From contig CAWELD010000003.1 in NCBI GenBank assembly GCA_963809895.1, positions 1,152,001 to 1,216,000 of the forward strand: a DNA stretch of 64,000 nt. Reading direction: 5' to 3'. Under the pieces are notes generated by a model. The model had not been told where the DNA came from and searched no databases. It was given only the letters and a program-made list of their open reading frames with translations. The translations under genes were made by a program, and so were the position numbers. Numbering within the stretch: position 1 is the first letter of the stretch; every line of letters starts with the position of its first letter. This DNA is from an uncultured Gemmatimonadales bacterium (lineage in GTDB: Bacteria; Gemmatimonadota; Gemmatimonadetes; Longimicrobiales; Gaopeijiaceae). Below, piece after piece: positions 1-9,147 of the stretch.

Positions 1-2074
1 CGGGTGGATACACCACGTCGTAATCGAACTCGAACTGCTCGAGAATGAAGCGAAGCCAGCCGCTGTCGATGGAGCCGCCGTACTGGTCGTAGAGTCCGAT
101 GCGCACCGGATCGAGCTCCATGGAGTCACCCGACGGCCGCGAGCTCACGGCCCGCACCGGGACCCCCGTGTCGCGGGCGCCCTGCTCCAGGAGTTGACGC
201 TGACGGCCACCGTCGAAGTAGAAGGCCCCGGCGGGGTAGCTCTGCCCGTCGACCGTCACCGGATCCTTCATCCAGTAGACGTCGTTGCCTGCCTTGAGCG
301 CCCGATTCACCAGCACGAACGCGTCGTTGACCCTGTGGTCCACCAGGAAGCCCGCCGCCTGCTGAGGGCCCGCGATCGTCACGGGATCCGGGTCGATGGT
401 GAAGGCGTCGATGGCCTGGAAGGGTCCGTCGAAGGCCTCCTTGGGAGCGTCGTAGTCCACGCCCATGGAGAAGGCCAGCGTCCATCCGGCCACGTCGTAC
501 GGCGGCGTCGGCGGGGCACCTGGATAGGCGAAGTCGTTGGGATGCTGCTGCGGCAGGAACATGTCCATGACCTGCGGTGCGAACGCCTGATCCGACTTCA
601 CGACGAACGATCCGGCCGGATACTGCTTGCCGGCCACCGTGAAGGGCGCCGTGGCCCGCTGCACCTCGACGCCGTTCATGAGAAGGGCGTTGATGAACTT
701 GCGAGCCGTCTGGAAATCGGCCTGATCGGCGGTGACGATGAAGCCCCGGGGATCCCGGTCCTCGGGCTTGTGCAGGAGCCGCTCGTAGTCGTCGTGGTCT
801 CCCGCCCGACCGACGGCGGCCTGCGCCGAGTCCACCTCGAACGGCAGGACCGTCCAGCTGTCACGGGTCCCCGCCTCGACGGCGTTCATCCCCATGCGCC
901 ACATGTTGAAGAGGAGGTGGTCCTTGTTCCGCGAAGCGTAGTCCAGCACCGCCCGGTTCGAGGTCTGCGAATAGTCGATGGACTGCTTGAAGTGCCACAC
1001 GCCGGGCTCAACCGGCAGGGGCAGGTCCGCCGTGGAGATCTGCTTCGACGGAATGAAGGGGATCTCGATGGGCGTCGGGTTGCCGATGATCTCGGTGAGC
1101 AGGCCGATCTGGTTGTGGAAGTACGGCGTCGTGCGCAGTCCACCGTTCCACCAGGTGGAGTAGGTGGCGCCGCTCCGCATGGTGGTGCCGCCCTTTCCCT
1201 CGACGATGAAGCGCTGGTGCATGGCCGATCCCACCTGGTCCAGCGAGGTCTTCATCATGGGATCGACGAACCAGTTCATGGGATCCCGGAACGGCGGCCC
1301 GAACATCACCGTGCCGGCCGGCCCGGTCTGATGGTGGTTGTAGACGATCTGGGGATACCACTCGGTGTAGAGGACCCGATTGATGTTCTGGGTCTCCGAC
1401 AGATTCGACATGTAGAAGTCGCGGTTGTTGTCGTGTCCCGCGTACTTCTCGTAGAGAACGGGGATCCCCGAGGTGCTGCGCTCCATGGGATCCTCGTTGC
1501 GCATGTACCACCCGGCCACCAACGCCTGACCGTCGGGGTTCACCTGAGTGGCCAGGAGGATGTCGTCGTTCAGGAAGCGCAGCGTCTCCGGGTCGTTCAG
1601 GCTCACCATGTCGTACACGAGCTGCATGAGCTGCTGCGCGCCCACCACCTCGGTGGCGTGCAGGCCCCCGTCGATCCACACCACCGCCTTTCCTTCGTGG
1701 GCGAGCTGCATCGCCTCGCTGGAGCTGAGCCCACGGGCACGTGCCAATCGCTCCGTGAGCTGACGGTAGTGCTCGAGATTCCGCTGATTCTCGGGCGACG
1801 TGATGATGGCCTGGTATTGGGGCCTCCCCTCTTCGGTCTCGCCAATGGACCGGACGATCATGCGGTCCGACTCGGAGGCGAGCTGGTCCCAATACGCCAT
1901 GAGCTGATCGTAGGTGGCCAGCTGGTAGTCGGCGCCGATCTCGAAGCCCAGGAATTCCTCGGGCGTCGTGATGCCGGGCAGGCGCGGCCCGTCGACCTGG
2001 GCCTGGACCGCCGGGGCCACCAGGGCCGCCGCCAGGATCAGCATGAGTCCCGTTCGCCAGATGCGCTTCACCAT
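1..2074 (-). CDS. M14 family zinc carboxypeptidase, secreted (3' end runs off window)
   Basis: Hand-translated because it is absent from the ORF track: MVKRIWRTGLMLILAAALVAPAVQAQ signal peptide, WIDGGLHATE zinc motif, NPDG, YAGHDNNRD. GAGGT RBS upstream; frame continues to position 2 (RIGLYDQYGGSIDSGW). Confidence 0.88.
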   Translation of the reverse strand, partial: MVKRIWRTGLMLILAAALVAPAVQAQVDGPRLPGITTPEEFLGFEIGADYQLATYDQLMAYWDQLASESDRMIVRSIGETEEGRPQYQAIITSPENQRNLEHYRQLTERLARARGLSSSEAMQLAHEGKAVVWIDGGLHATEVVGAQQLMQLVYDMVSLNDPETLRFLNDDILLATQVNPDGQALVAGWYMRNEDPMERSTSGIPVLYEKYAGHDNNRDFYMSNLSETQNINRVLYTEWYPQIVYNHHQTGPAGTVMFGPPFRDPMNWFVDPMMKTSLDQVGSAMHQRFIVEGKGGTTMRSGATYSTWWNGGLRTTPYFHNQIGLLTEIIGNPTPIEIPFIPSKQISTADLPLPVEPGVWHFKQSIDYSQTSNRAVLDYASRNKDHLLFNMWRMGMNAVEAGTRDSWTVLPFEVDSAQAAVGRAGDHDDYERLLHKPEDRDPRGFIVTADQADFQTARKFINALLMNGVEVQRATAPFTVAGKQYPAGSFVVKSDQAFAPQVMDMFLPQQHPNDFAYPGAPPTPPYDVAGWTLAFSMGVDYDAPKEAFDGPFQAIDAFTIDPDPVTIAGPQQAAGFLVDHRVNDAFVLVNRALKAGNDVYWMKDPVTVDGQSYPAGAFYFDGGRQRQLLEQGARDTGVPVRAVSSRPSGDSMELDPVRIGLYDQYGGSIDSGWLRFILEQFEFDYDVVYPP

Positions 2075-2365
2075 CGAATGACCTCTCAGGAGATGTGTCG
2101 GTTCGGGCAGGGGCGTCATTTTCTGACCGCGAGGAGCCGCCGTCAACAGCAGCGGTGCCCCGACCCCTCGTTGCCGCGCGAGCGTTCCACCCCATGGACC
2201 CCCGGTGCGTCCGGTATGCTGACGCCCCCTCCGCACCGGGTACTGCGGCGACCTACCCCTGCTCCGTGGCCGCGGGTTGCGACGGAAGGGCCTGTCGGAA
2301 CCCGGAAAGCATTTTCCGGTATAAGCTTAGAAGCCCCGGATAATCCACGCACAGAAGGAGATGGT

Positions 2366-2716
2366 TTGGGTAAAGGCCACAGAAAGACCGACCTGGACAA
2401 GGCACGAGACGAGCTCATGAGCCACGTTGTCCGCTGCGAGGTGCTGGAAGCGCAGATGGAGCACCGGATGGAGTGGCTTGACGATACGATGGACTTCATG
2501 GCCGAGAGGTATCCGCAGTTGAGCGACCTGCAACTCGCTCAGCTCGAGATGATGGGCCGACGCTTCCTGCGTCCCGCCATCCCGCACGGTGCCGATCACA
2601 ACGCCATGACGCGCAAGAAGGCCGGCAGCGCTGCGCCGACCGCCACGGCGGAGACCGAGGCCGAAGCGACCGATGTGGAGTCGCCGGAGCCGGCTGGAGC
2701 GCGCGAAGCGGCCTGA
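2366..2716 (+). CDS. Small conserved hypothetical protein
   Basis: TTG start after AGGAG. ARDELMSHVVRCEVLEA...WLDDTMDFMAERY reads as a helical protein, and a strong hairpin follows. Only the 3' part of ORF 194..2716 is credible. Confidence 0.7.
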   Translation: MGKGHRKTDLDKARDELMSHVVRCEVLEAQMEHRMEWLDDTMDFMAERYPQLSDLQLAQLEMMGRRFLRPAIPHGADHNAMTRKKAGSAAPTATAETEAEATDVESPEPAGAREAA

Positions 2717-2745
2717 GGCGACAGGCGCATCAGCACCATGAGGTG

Positions 2746-2781
2746 AAAGGGGGCGCCGGACTGGGATCCGGCGCCCCCTTT
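2746..2781. terminator. Bidirectional intrinsic terminator
   Basis: Perfect 15-bp stem AAAGGGGGCGCCGGA / TCCGGCGCCCCCTTT with a 6-nt loop, between convergent genes. Confidence 0.8.
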
Positions 2782-2809
2782 CGCACGTCGGTGGCGGTCC
2801 GCCGCTCCG

Positions 2810-3517
2810 TCAGCCTTCGGTCCGGAGCTCGCCCAGGGTGGTGACCCGACCCTTCGCGGCCCATCGCCCCAGCGTCTCCTCTTCGGGTTCCAGGCCCAGC
2901 CCCCAGGTGGCGTCACGAAGGGCTGTGACGGCGAATCCCCGTGCCTGCAGGCCGTCCACGGCTCCCGTCACGCACACGTCGCGAGCCACGCCCACGACCA
3001 CGAAACGGAGCGGACGTCCGAGCTCCTCCTCCAGCGTCTCCAGGAACGCCTCGGTGCCCGTGTTTCCCTCGAAGACGTCGAACCGGTTCTTGCGGATGAA
3101 GACGGCGTGGCCGGTGGACGCGGCCCGGCGGGCCACCCGCTCGGCCGCCTCCTCGTCGGCCTCCACCTCCAGGATCTCCGGCTCCTCGGGCCGGATCTCC
3201 TTCACGATCCTGGCTCCCTTGCGCTCCTTCTTGTCGTCTGAGCGGCCCATGCAATGGGGCGGATAGGTGCCGCGGGTTGGATCCGGTGACTCGGCGTCGA
3301 TCTCGGCATCGTCGTAGCCGTGCCAGTCCCCGGTGAAGACCACCAGGTCGCAGTGACGCTCCATCCAGGCCACGGCCTCCACGATGCGCTCCCGTACCTG
3401 GCTCGCGCCCGGGTCGTCGGGATTCTCCAGATCCTTCACGTACAGACGTCCGTCTGGGCGCATGAAGTCGTTCTGAACGTCCACAACCCAGCCGATGCAC
3501 GCCGAGTCCTTCACCAT
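2810..3517 (-). CDS. pncA: Nicotinamidase / isochorismatase-family cysteine hydrolase
   Basis: VDVQNDF, DWH, PPHC, K, and GVARDVCV catalytic Cys; adjacent to a NAPRTase-like gene. Confidence 0.8.
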   Translation of the reverse strand: MVKDSACIGWVVDVQNDFMRPDGRLYVKDLENPDDPGASQVRERIVEAVAWMERHCDLVVFTGDWHGYDDAEIDAESPDPTRGTYPPHCMGRSDDKKERKGARIVKEIRPEEPEILEVEADEEAAERVARRAASTGHAVFIRKNRFDVFEGNTGTEAFLETLEEELGRPLRFVVVGVARDVCVTGAVDGLQARGFAVTALRDATWGLGLEPEEETLGRWAAKGRVTTLGELRTEG

Positions 3518-3582
3518 CCCTCCCTGTTGATCTGCGTCTCGCTTCGCGGGGTCCCCGCGCAGGGCGCCACCCCCGAAAGCCG

Positions 3583-4716
3583 CTATTCGACGCGCTCCAT
3601 GCGCCGATTGGGGTGAAAACGTCGTCCCACCTTGGCCACGTCGCGGCCCTCCACCCTCACCACGTCGGCGGTGAAGTCGTACTGGCCCCCGATGAGCGCC
3701 GAGCCCACACCGTACGAGTCCACCGGCACGTCGAGGGCCTTGAAGCGGCGGATCTTGTCCGCGTCGAATCCCCCCGACACGACGATGCGAACCCCGCTGA
3801 AGCCCTCACGGTCCAACGCCTCCCGCACGTTCCACACCAACTGGGGCGTGACCCCACGGGGGTCGAACTCACCCATCTGGGGCAGGACCGACCGGTCCAC
3901 GACGTTGCCGGACGTGTCCAGCCGAACCCCGTAGAGACGCTCGCCCAGGGCTCTGGCCACCGCGAGGGAGGTGGCCACGCAATCGTTGTCCCAGTCCACG
4001 AGGCTGATGACGCGCACGGACTCGGGCATCTGACGGGCGAAGGCAGCGGTGGCCGCGACCGTATCGCCATCGAAGGCCGCGATGAGCGCGTGGGGCACGG
4101 TACCCATGCCCTCGGAGCCCCACCACGAGGCCTGGGCGTCGGTGGAGACGCCGATCGCCCCGGCGATGTGGGCCGCCCATCCGTCTCCGGTCTGCACCAT
4201 CCAGTGATCGTGTCGCGCCGGAAAGAAGAGCACCGGTTGGGGCCAGGCCGCCTCCACCACCTGGCGTGTGTTGGTGGCGATGCGCGTGCGCCGGGCCAGG
4301 ACCCCGAGGTAGAGCGTCTCCAGGTGCGCGAAGGACGCATAGGGACCGGTGATGTGCATCACGGTGTCCCAGGGCCGGACCCGATCACCGTCGCGGAGCG
4401 ACCAGACCTCGAGATCCCCGAAGTCGTACCCCTCGGTGAGGCACAGCTTCAGGATGGCGATGGCTTCGTCGGTTCCCGCGACCCAGGCCTCCTTCTTCTG
4501 GAACACCTGCATCGTGACCCGGGGGTCGCGGCTCTCACCCACGAGCACCTCGCGAGCCCGCACGAAGTACTTATCCGAGTAATAGCCGGACCTCATCTTC
4601 TCCACCGGAAGGTGGAAGATGGAGGGATCGAGGCGGGGTTCGGAGCGCAGCGGCGGAGGCGGAACCGCCCCCCGTGACTCCGGGTCGGGAGGGTCCTTAC
4701 GTATCGTTTCGGTCAT
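3583..4716 (-). CDS. pncB: Nicotinate phosphoribosyltransferase-like (type II PRTase)
   Basis: YSDKYF, FPARHDH, GTVPHAL, GVRLDTSG, VSGGF, GVGS motifs. Confidence 0.75.
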   Translation of the reverse strand: MTETIRKDPPDPESRGAVPPPPLRSEPRLDPSIFHLPVEKMRSGYYSDKYFVRAREVLVGESRDPRVTMQVFQKKEAWVAGTDEAIAILKLCLTEGYDFGDLEVWSLRDGDRVRPWDTVMHITGPYASFAHLETLYLGVLARRTRIATNTRQVVEAAWPQPVLFFPARHDHWMVQTGDGWAAHIAGAIGVSTDAQASWWGSEGMGTVPHALIAAFDGDTVAATAAFARQMPESVRVISLVDWDNDCVATSLAVARALGERLYGVRLDTSGNVVDRSVLPQMGEFDPRGVTPQLVWNVREALDREGFSGVRIVVSGGFDADKIRRFKALDVPVDSYGVGSALIGGQYDFTADVVRVEGRDVAKVGRRFHPNRRMERVE

Positions 4717-4806
4717 TCATCGAAGATAGGAGCGCGGCGACGACCCCGCAGGTCCAGCCGCGCCCCGGGCTTGTGGGCAGCGCCCGACATCTCGATACTC
4801 TCCGCA

Positions 4807-6054
4807 ATGGCAACGCTCTTCTGGGTCCTGGTGGCAACGCTCTCCACCTCGTTCCTGTGCTCCGTCCTGGAGGCCGTGCTCCTCTCCATCACCCATTCCC
4901 ACGTGGTGATGCTCCAGGAGAGGGGGGACCGGGCGGGTGAGCTCCTGGACCGCATGCGCAAGAAGATCGACGAGCCCATCGCGGCCATCCTCACGTTGAA
5001 CACCATCGCCAACACCATGGGCGCGACGCTCGCCGGCGCGCTGGCGCTGCAGGTGTTCGGCAGCCGCTGGATGGCGCTCTTCTCGGCCGCCATGACCCTG
5101 GGCATCCTGCTCTTCTCCGAGATCGTGCCCAAGACGCTGGGCGCGACGTTCTGGCCCCAGCTCGCTCGCCCCGCCGCCTTCGTGCTGCGGGTCATGATCG
5201 TGGTCATGAAGCCGATCCTCGTGCCGCTGTCGGCCTTCGCCCGTGTCATCGCCGGCAACACCGCGCGCCCCACCATCAGCCGCTCCGAACTGGAGGTGCT
5301 CGCCGAGATCGGGCGCAGGGAGGGCACGCTGGACGAGGAGGAGTGGAAGGTGGTCTCCAACGTCATCCGGCTGGACCAGGTGGCGGTGAGCGAGGTGATG
5401 ACACCCCGCACGGACATGGTGGCCGTGCCTGCCAGCGCCACGGTGGCCGAGGCGAAGGACGTCATGCTGGACAAGGGCCACCTTCGGCTCCCCGTCTTCG
5501 AGGAATCCCTCGATCACATCGTGGGCATCCTGCTGGCGCGCGATCTGTGGCGGGCCGATCGGGAAGGCGTGCTCGCCATCGGCGACATCCATCGCCCACC
5601 CCTGTTCGCGCCGGCGAGCAAGCCCGTGGAGGATCTCATCCCCGAGATGCGGCGCCAACGGAACAAGATGGCCATCGTCGTGGACGAGTTCGGTGGCACC
5701 GCGGGGCTCGTCACCCTCGAGGACCTCATCGAGGAGATCATCGGAGAGATCCAGGACGAGCACGAGATGGACGAGCCCGAAGACTTCTTTCCGTTGGAAG
5801 GGGGCTCCGTGCGAGCCTGGGGCGGCGTGCCCCTCCGAGAGGTGAACGACCGCCTTGGGCTGAGCCTCCCGGACGAGCAGCACGACACGCTGGGCGGGTA
5901 CCTCTTCGGTCGCCTCGCCCGCCTCGGCCGGGTGGGAGACGTCGTGCCCGTGGAGGGGGGCGAATTCCGGGTCACACGCATGCGGGGGCGCCGCATCGAA
6001 TACGCCGTGTTCCGGGCGGCGCAGCTCCCCGACCCGGAAGAGCTCGAGGACTGA
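4807..6054 (+). CDS. CNNM/hemolysin (HlyC/CorC) protein: DUF21 + CBS pair + CorC domain
   Basis: FLCSVLEAVLLS, SEIVPKTLG, VMTPR, VDEFGGTAGLVTLEDLIEEIIGEIQDE. Confidence 0.92.
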   Translation: MATLFWVLVATLSTSFLCSVLEAVLLSITHSHVVMLQERGDRAGELLDRMRKKIDEPIAAILTLNTIANTMGATLAGALALQVFGSRWMALFSAAMTLGILLFSEIVPKTLGATFWPQLARPAAFVLRVMIVVMKPILVPLSAFARVIAGNTARPTISRSELEVLAEIGRREGTLDEEEWKVVSNVIRLDQVAVSEVMTPRTDMVAVPASATVAEAKDVMLDKGHLRLPVFEESLDHIVGILLARDLWRADREGVLAIGDIHRPPLFAPASKPVEDLIPEMRRQRNKMAIVVDEFGGTAGLVTLEDLIEEIIGEIQDEHEMDEPEDFFPLEGGSVRAWGGVPLREVNDRLGLSLPDEQHDTLGGYLFGRLARLGRVGDVVPVEGGEFRVTRMRGRRIEYAVFRAAQLPDPEELED

Positions 6055-6083
6055 AGGCGGCAGGCCTCGGGGTCGGGGTCGGG

Positions 6084-7163
6084 TCAGACCGTCGACTCCT
6101 CCGATGCCTGGATCACGTGCAGGGTCTGGGTCGGGAAGGCGAACTCGATCCCCTCGTCGGTGAAGCGCTCGAGAAGCTCGAGGTTCACCGCCTGCTGGAC
6201 GTCCATGTACGCGGCGTAGTCCGGCACCGTCATGTAGTACACGGTCTCGTAGCTGAGCGAAGAGTCCGCGAAGCCCTTCAGGTGGCAACGGTCGAAGCGC
6301 GTGCGGTCCTGGGCTTCGATGGCGGCGCGCACCAGGTCCGGGATCCCGCGAAGCTGCGCCGGCGGGGTGTCGTAGGTGACGCCGAACCCGAACACGATCC
6401 TGCGCTCCGCCATGCGCTTGTAGTTCCGGATGCGGCTCGACAGCAGATCGGAGTTCGAGAAGACGAGCTGCTCGCCGGACAGCGACCGGATGCGCGTGGT
6501 CTTGAGCCCCACGTGCTCCACGGTGCCCTGCATGTCGCCGACCACGATGAAGTCGCCCAGGACGAAGGGCTTGTCCAGTACGATGGAGAGAGAGGCGAAC
6601 AGGTCGCCGAGTACGTTCTGGAGCGCCAGCGCCACCGCCACGCCGCCGATGCCCAGCGACGCCACGAACGCGGTGATATCGACCCCGAGGTTCGCCAGGG
6701 CGGTGAGGGTCAGGATGGACCACAGGGCCAGCTTGCCGATGAAGCCCATGGCCCCCACGGCCGTGGCCAGGCTCGGGTCGTGCTCCAGCTGCCTCTTTCG
6801 CCAACGCAGGGTGACGTAGTTGATCGCGCCCATGCCCCAGAAGCCGATCTGAAGCAGCAGCCCCACGACCAGGACGCCCCGAAGCACCTCGTCGGCACGC
6901 GTCGGTAGCGTCAGCGGCCGCGACGCCGCCCACGCCGCCACCAGGAGGATGGCCAGCGTCTTGGTCTTGGCCAGCAACTCCACCGCCAGGTCGTCGATGT
7001 CGTTGGCGGTGCCCTCGGCGAAGCGCTGGATGCGCTTGAGCGCCCAGCGGAAGGCCTGACGCAATCCCACGGTCACCAGAAGGACCATGGCCACGGAGAG
7101 CGCCCAGGCCTGAAGGGTGTTGCCGAGCCACTGGCGATTCAGCAAGACATCCCAGTTCATCAC
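6084..7163 (-). CDS. MscS-family mechanosensitive channel
   Basis: GIGGVAVALALQ, DKPFVLGDFI, GLKTTRIRSLSGEQ, GIEFAFPT. Confidence 0.92.
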   Translation of the reverse strand: MMNWDVLLNRQWLGNTLQAWALSVAMVLLVTVGLRQAFRWALKRIQRFAEGTANDIDDLAVELLAKTKTLAILLVAAWAASRPLTLPTRADEVLRGVLVVGLLLQIGFWGMGAINYVTLRWRKRQLEHDPSLATAVGAMGFIGKLALWSILTLTALANLGVDITAFVASLGIGGVAVALALQNVLGDLFASLSIVLDKPFVLGDFIVVGDMQGTVEHVGLKTTRIRSLSGEQLVFSNSDLLSSRIRNYKRMAERRIVFGFGVTYDTPPAQLRGIPDLVRAAIEAQDRTRFDRCHLKGFADSSLSYETVYYMTVPDYAAYMDVQQAVNLELLERFTDEGIEFAFPTQTLHVIQASEESTV

Positions 7164-7182
7164 CGTGCTCCCGCTGTGCGCG

Positions 7183-8217
7183 TCATTCGTCGGTGGTGGC
7201 GCCCAACGTCTCCCGGAGAAGCGCCGCGTCCTCTCTCGGATCGGAGACCGCGATCCCGGTGCCCGTCATGAGCTCGAATCCCGCGGTCCTGCTGAAGCGG
7301 GTGCGGATCTCCACGAAGGCGTGGAGCGCCGGGTCCTGCCCCAGCCCGTGATCATGGAAGAGCAGATTGTAGTGGGGATCTCCGGCGCCGTCGCGGAGCG
7401 CCCGCAGCAGATCCCGCAGCATGCGCGCCAGATCCTGGCGCTCCTGGTCGTCCAGGCGAGTCAGCGTCGACACGTGCCGTCGTGGCAAGATGCGCAGGTG
7501 ATAGGGATCCCCCGGAGCCCAGGGCACGAGCGCCGTCCACTCGTCGGTGCGCGCCACGACCCGCTCCTCGTGGTCCGGCTCCAGATCCCCGAGATCACAT
7601 ACCGCGCAGCTCCCCGTGCGCGCCCGATGGCGCCGTTGGGCCTCTGCCCTGGCCTCGACGGCCGGCGGCACACCGCGAACGGCCACGAGCTGCGCGTGGG
7701 GATGGGACTGCGACGACCCCGACTCACGCCCCCGGTTGCGGAAGAGGAACGCGCTGTGCCCGGGGCGTGCCAGCGCGGCCGACAGGCGTCCGAGGTAGAG
7801 GTCCATGACCGCGTCGGCTTCTTCGTCGGTGAAGTCCGGCCAGTCGTGGTCGTGGCGGGGCGTCTCCACCAACACCTCCTGCCAACCCACCGCGCGTCGC
7901 CCCTCGCTGTGCCCCTCGTGACCGTCGGGCGCGAAAGCGGGATAGCGATTTACCACCGCCCGGGTGCGCCAGCCGGCGGCGCCGGGACCGGGGGTCTCCT
8001 CGAGAATCGCGGGAATCTCCGACTCGTGTCCGGGGCAGAAGGGGCAACCTGCCGGCGACGGCCCATTCTCGCGCGCCGCGCGGCCACGGCGGCCCACCGC
8101 CATGGGCCGACCGCCTCGACGAGGCGCCACCACGTGCCACGTGCCCGTGAGGAGGTCCTGGCGCCATTCCCCGCCCGGGTAGTCCACGCCAGGCGCCGCT
8201 CCGTCGCGATCGGTCAT
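7183..8217 (-). CDS. galT: Galactose-1-phosphate uridylyltransferase family protein
   Basis: CPFCPGHE, NRYPA, SQSHPHAQ (HPH motif), AGFE. Confidence 0.8.
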   Translation of the reverse strand: MTDRDGAAPGVDYPGGEWRQDLLTGTWHVVAPRRGGRPMAVGRRGRAARENGPSPAGCPFCPGHESEIPAILEETPGPGAAGWRTRAVVNRYPAFAPDGHEGHSEGRRAVGWQEVLVETPRHDHDWPDFTDEEADAVMDLYLGRLSAALARPGHSAFLFRNRGRESGSSQSHPHAQLVAVRGVPPAVEARAEAQRRHRARTGSCAVCDLGDLEPDHEERVVARTDEWTALVPWAPGDPYHLRILPRRHVSTLTRLDDQERQDLARMLRDLLRALRDGAGDPHYNLLFHDHGLGQDPALHAFVEIRTRFSRTAGFELMTGTGIAVSDPREDAALLRETLGATTDE

Positions 8218-8774
8218 TGGATCGCGTCCGGAACGTCGTGAGCCGAGGGGCTCCCTCCCGTGGCGCGCGATGCGCTCGCGCCCTCCGTCTCCAGGCGTTG
8301 CCGTCGCTCCTCTGCCCAGAAGGACAGGGCCAACAGGATCGCCCCACAGGTGATGGCCGAGTCGGCGACGTTGAAGATGGGGAAGTTCCAGAAGCCCAGA
8401 TCGAAGGGACCGATGAAATCAACGACGCCCCGGCTCCAGCGCAGCCGGTCGTAGAGATTGCCGAGGGCGCCCGAGATCACGAGAGAGAGGGCGATCAGCC
8501 GGAGCAGGTCGCTGCCCTTGGCCTGGCGCAGCAGGATCCCCAGGAGCACGAGCGCCACGAAGGTGATGGGCACGAAGAACCAGCGGGAGTCCTCACCGAG
8601 GCTCAGACCGAAGGCCGCGCCGCGATTGAAGGCCAGCGTGAGCGGCACCAGCCCGCCCAGCAGCTCCATACGCCGACCGTCTGCGAGTGCGCCCAGCGCC
8701 CAGCGTTTGGTGATGAAGTCCAGGACCATCACAATCGGAAAGATGATCCCGAAAACCGTGAGCTTCCTTCTCAA
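8214..8774 (-). CDS. lspA: Signal peptidase II (lipoprotein signal peptidase)
   Basis: NRGAAF, GALGNLYDR, VVDF, FNVADSAI; probable TTG start at 8774. Confidence 0.93.
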   Translation of the reverse strand: MRRKLTVFGIIFPIVMVLDFITKRWALGALADGRRMELLGGLVPLTLAFNRGAAFGLSLGEDSRWFFVPITFVALVLLGILLRQAKGSDLLRLIALSLVISGALGNLYDRLRWSRGVVDFIGPFDLGFWNFPIFNVADSAITCGAILLALSFWAEERRQRLETEGASASRATGGSPSAHDVPDAIQ

Positions 8775-9025
8775 GACGGGGCCGCTCCGAGTCGCGGGGA
8801 CGTGCCCCGGAGACGAAGCACCGGGGACCTGAGGGAAAGTTCGGCAAAATCCGCGGGGAGTTCCAGGGTGGATGTTGCGCTCTCCCTTCGGACACAGCGG
8901 CACGGGCGGGGTCTTTTCGACCCATGGGCGACCTCGACGTCGTGCCGCCGGCCCCCGCCGCCCCTGCCCTGCACACGGCGGCTTCCGCCCATGCGCCTAG
9001 CTCGTGCAGCGCTCCGCGGCCAACG

Positions 9026-9040
9026 TGGCACGCTCCTTTC
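9026..9040 (+). promoter_or_regulatory. Putative sigma54 (-24/-12) promoter
   Basis: TGGCACG-CTCC-TTTC versus consensus TGGCACG-N4-TTGC; about 110 bp upstream of the 9148 ATG. Confidence 0.5.
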
Positions 9041-9147
9041 CACCGGCGGTAGGGGCGTCCGCGCGCCCCCGCGTCGGGGCTACGAGACCGCCTCCCCGGA
9101 TTCGGGCATCCCAATGCAGGCGCGAGTCATCGTCCGAGGAGGCTACC

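Noticed and set aside
194..2365. 5' part of the 840-aa plus-strand ORF
   Set aside because: Antisense shadow of the M14 peptidase; no recognisable motifs
4717..7131. 804-aa minus-strand ORF
   Set aside because: Out-of-frame/antisense shadow of the CNNM and MscS genes; long open frames are common in GC-rich DNA
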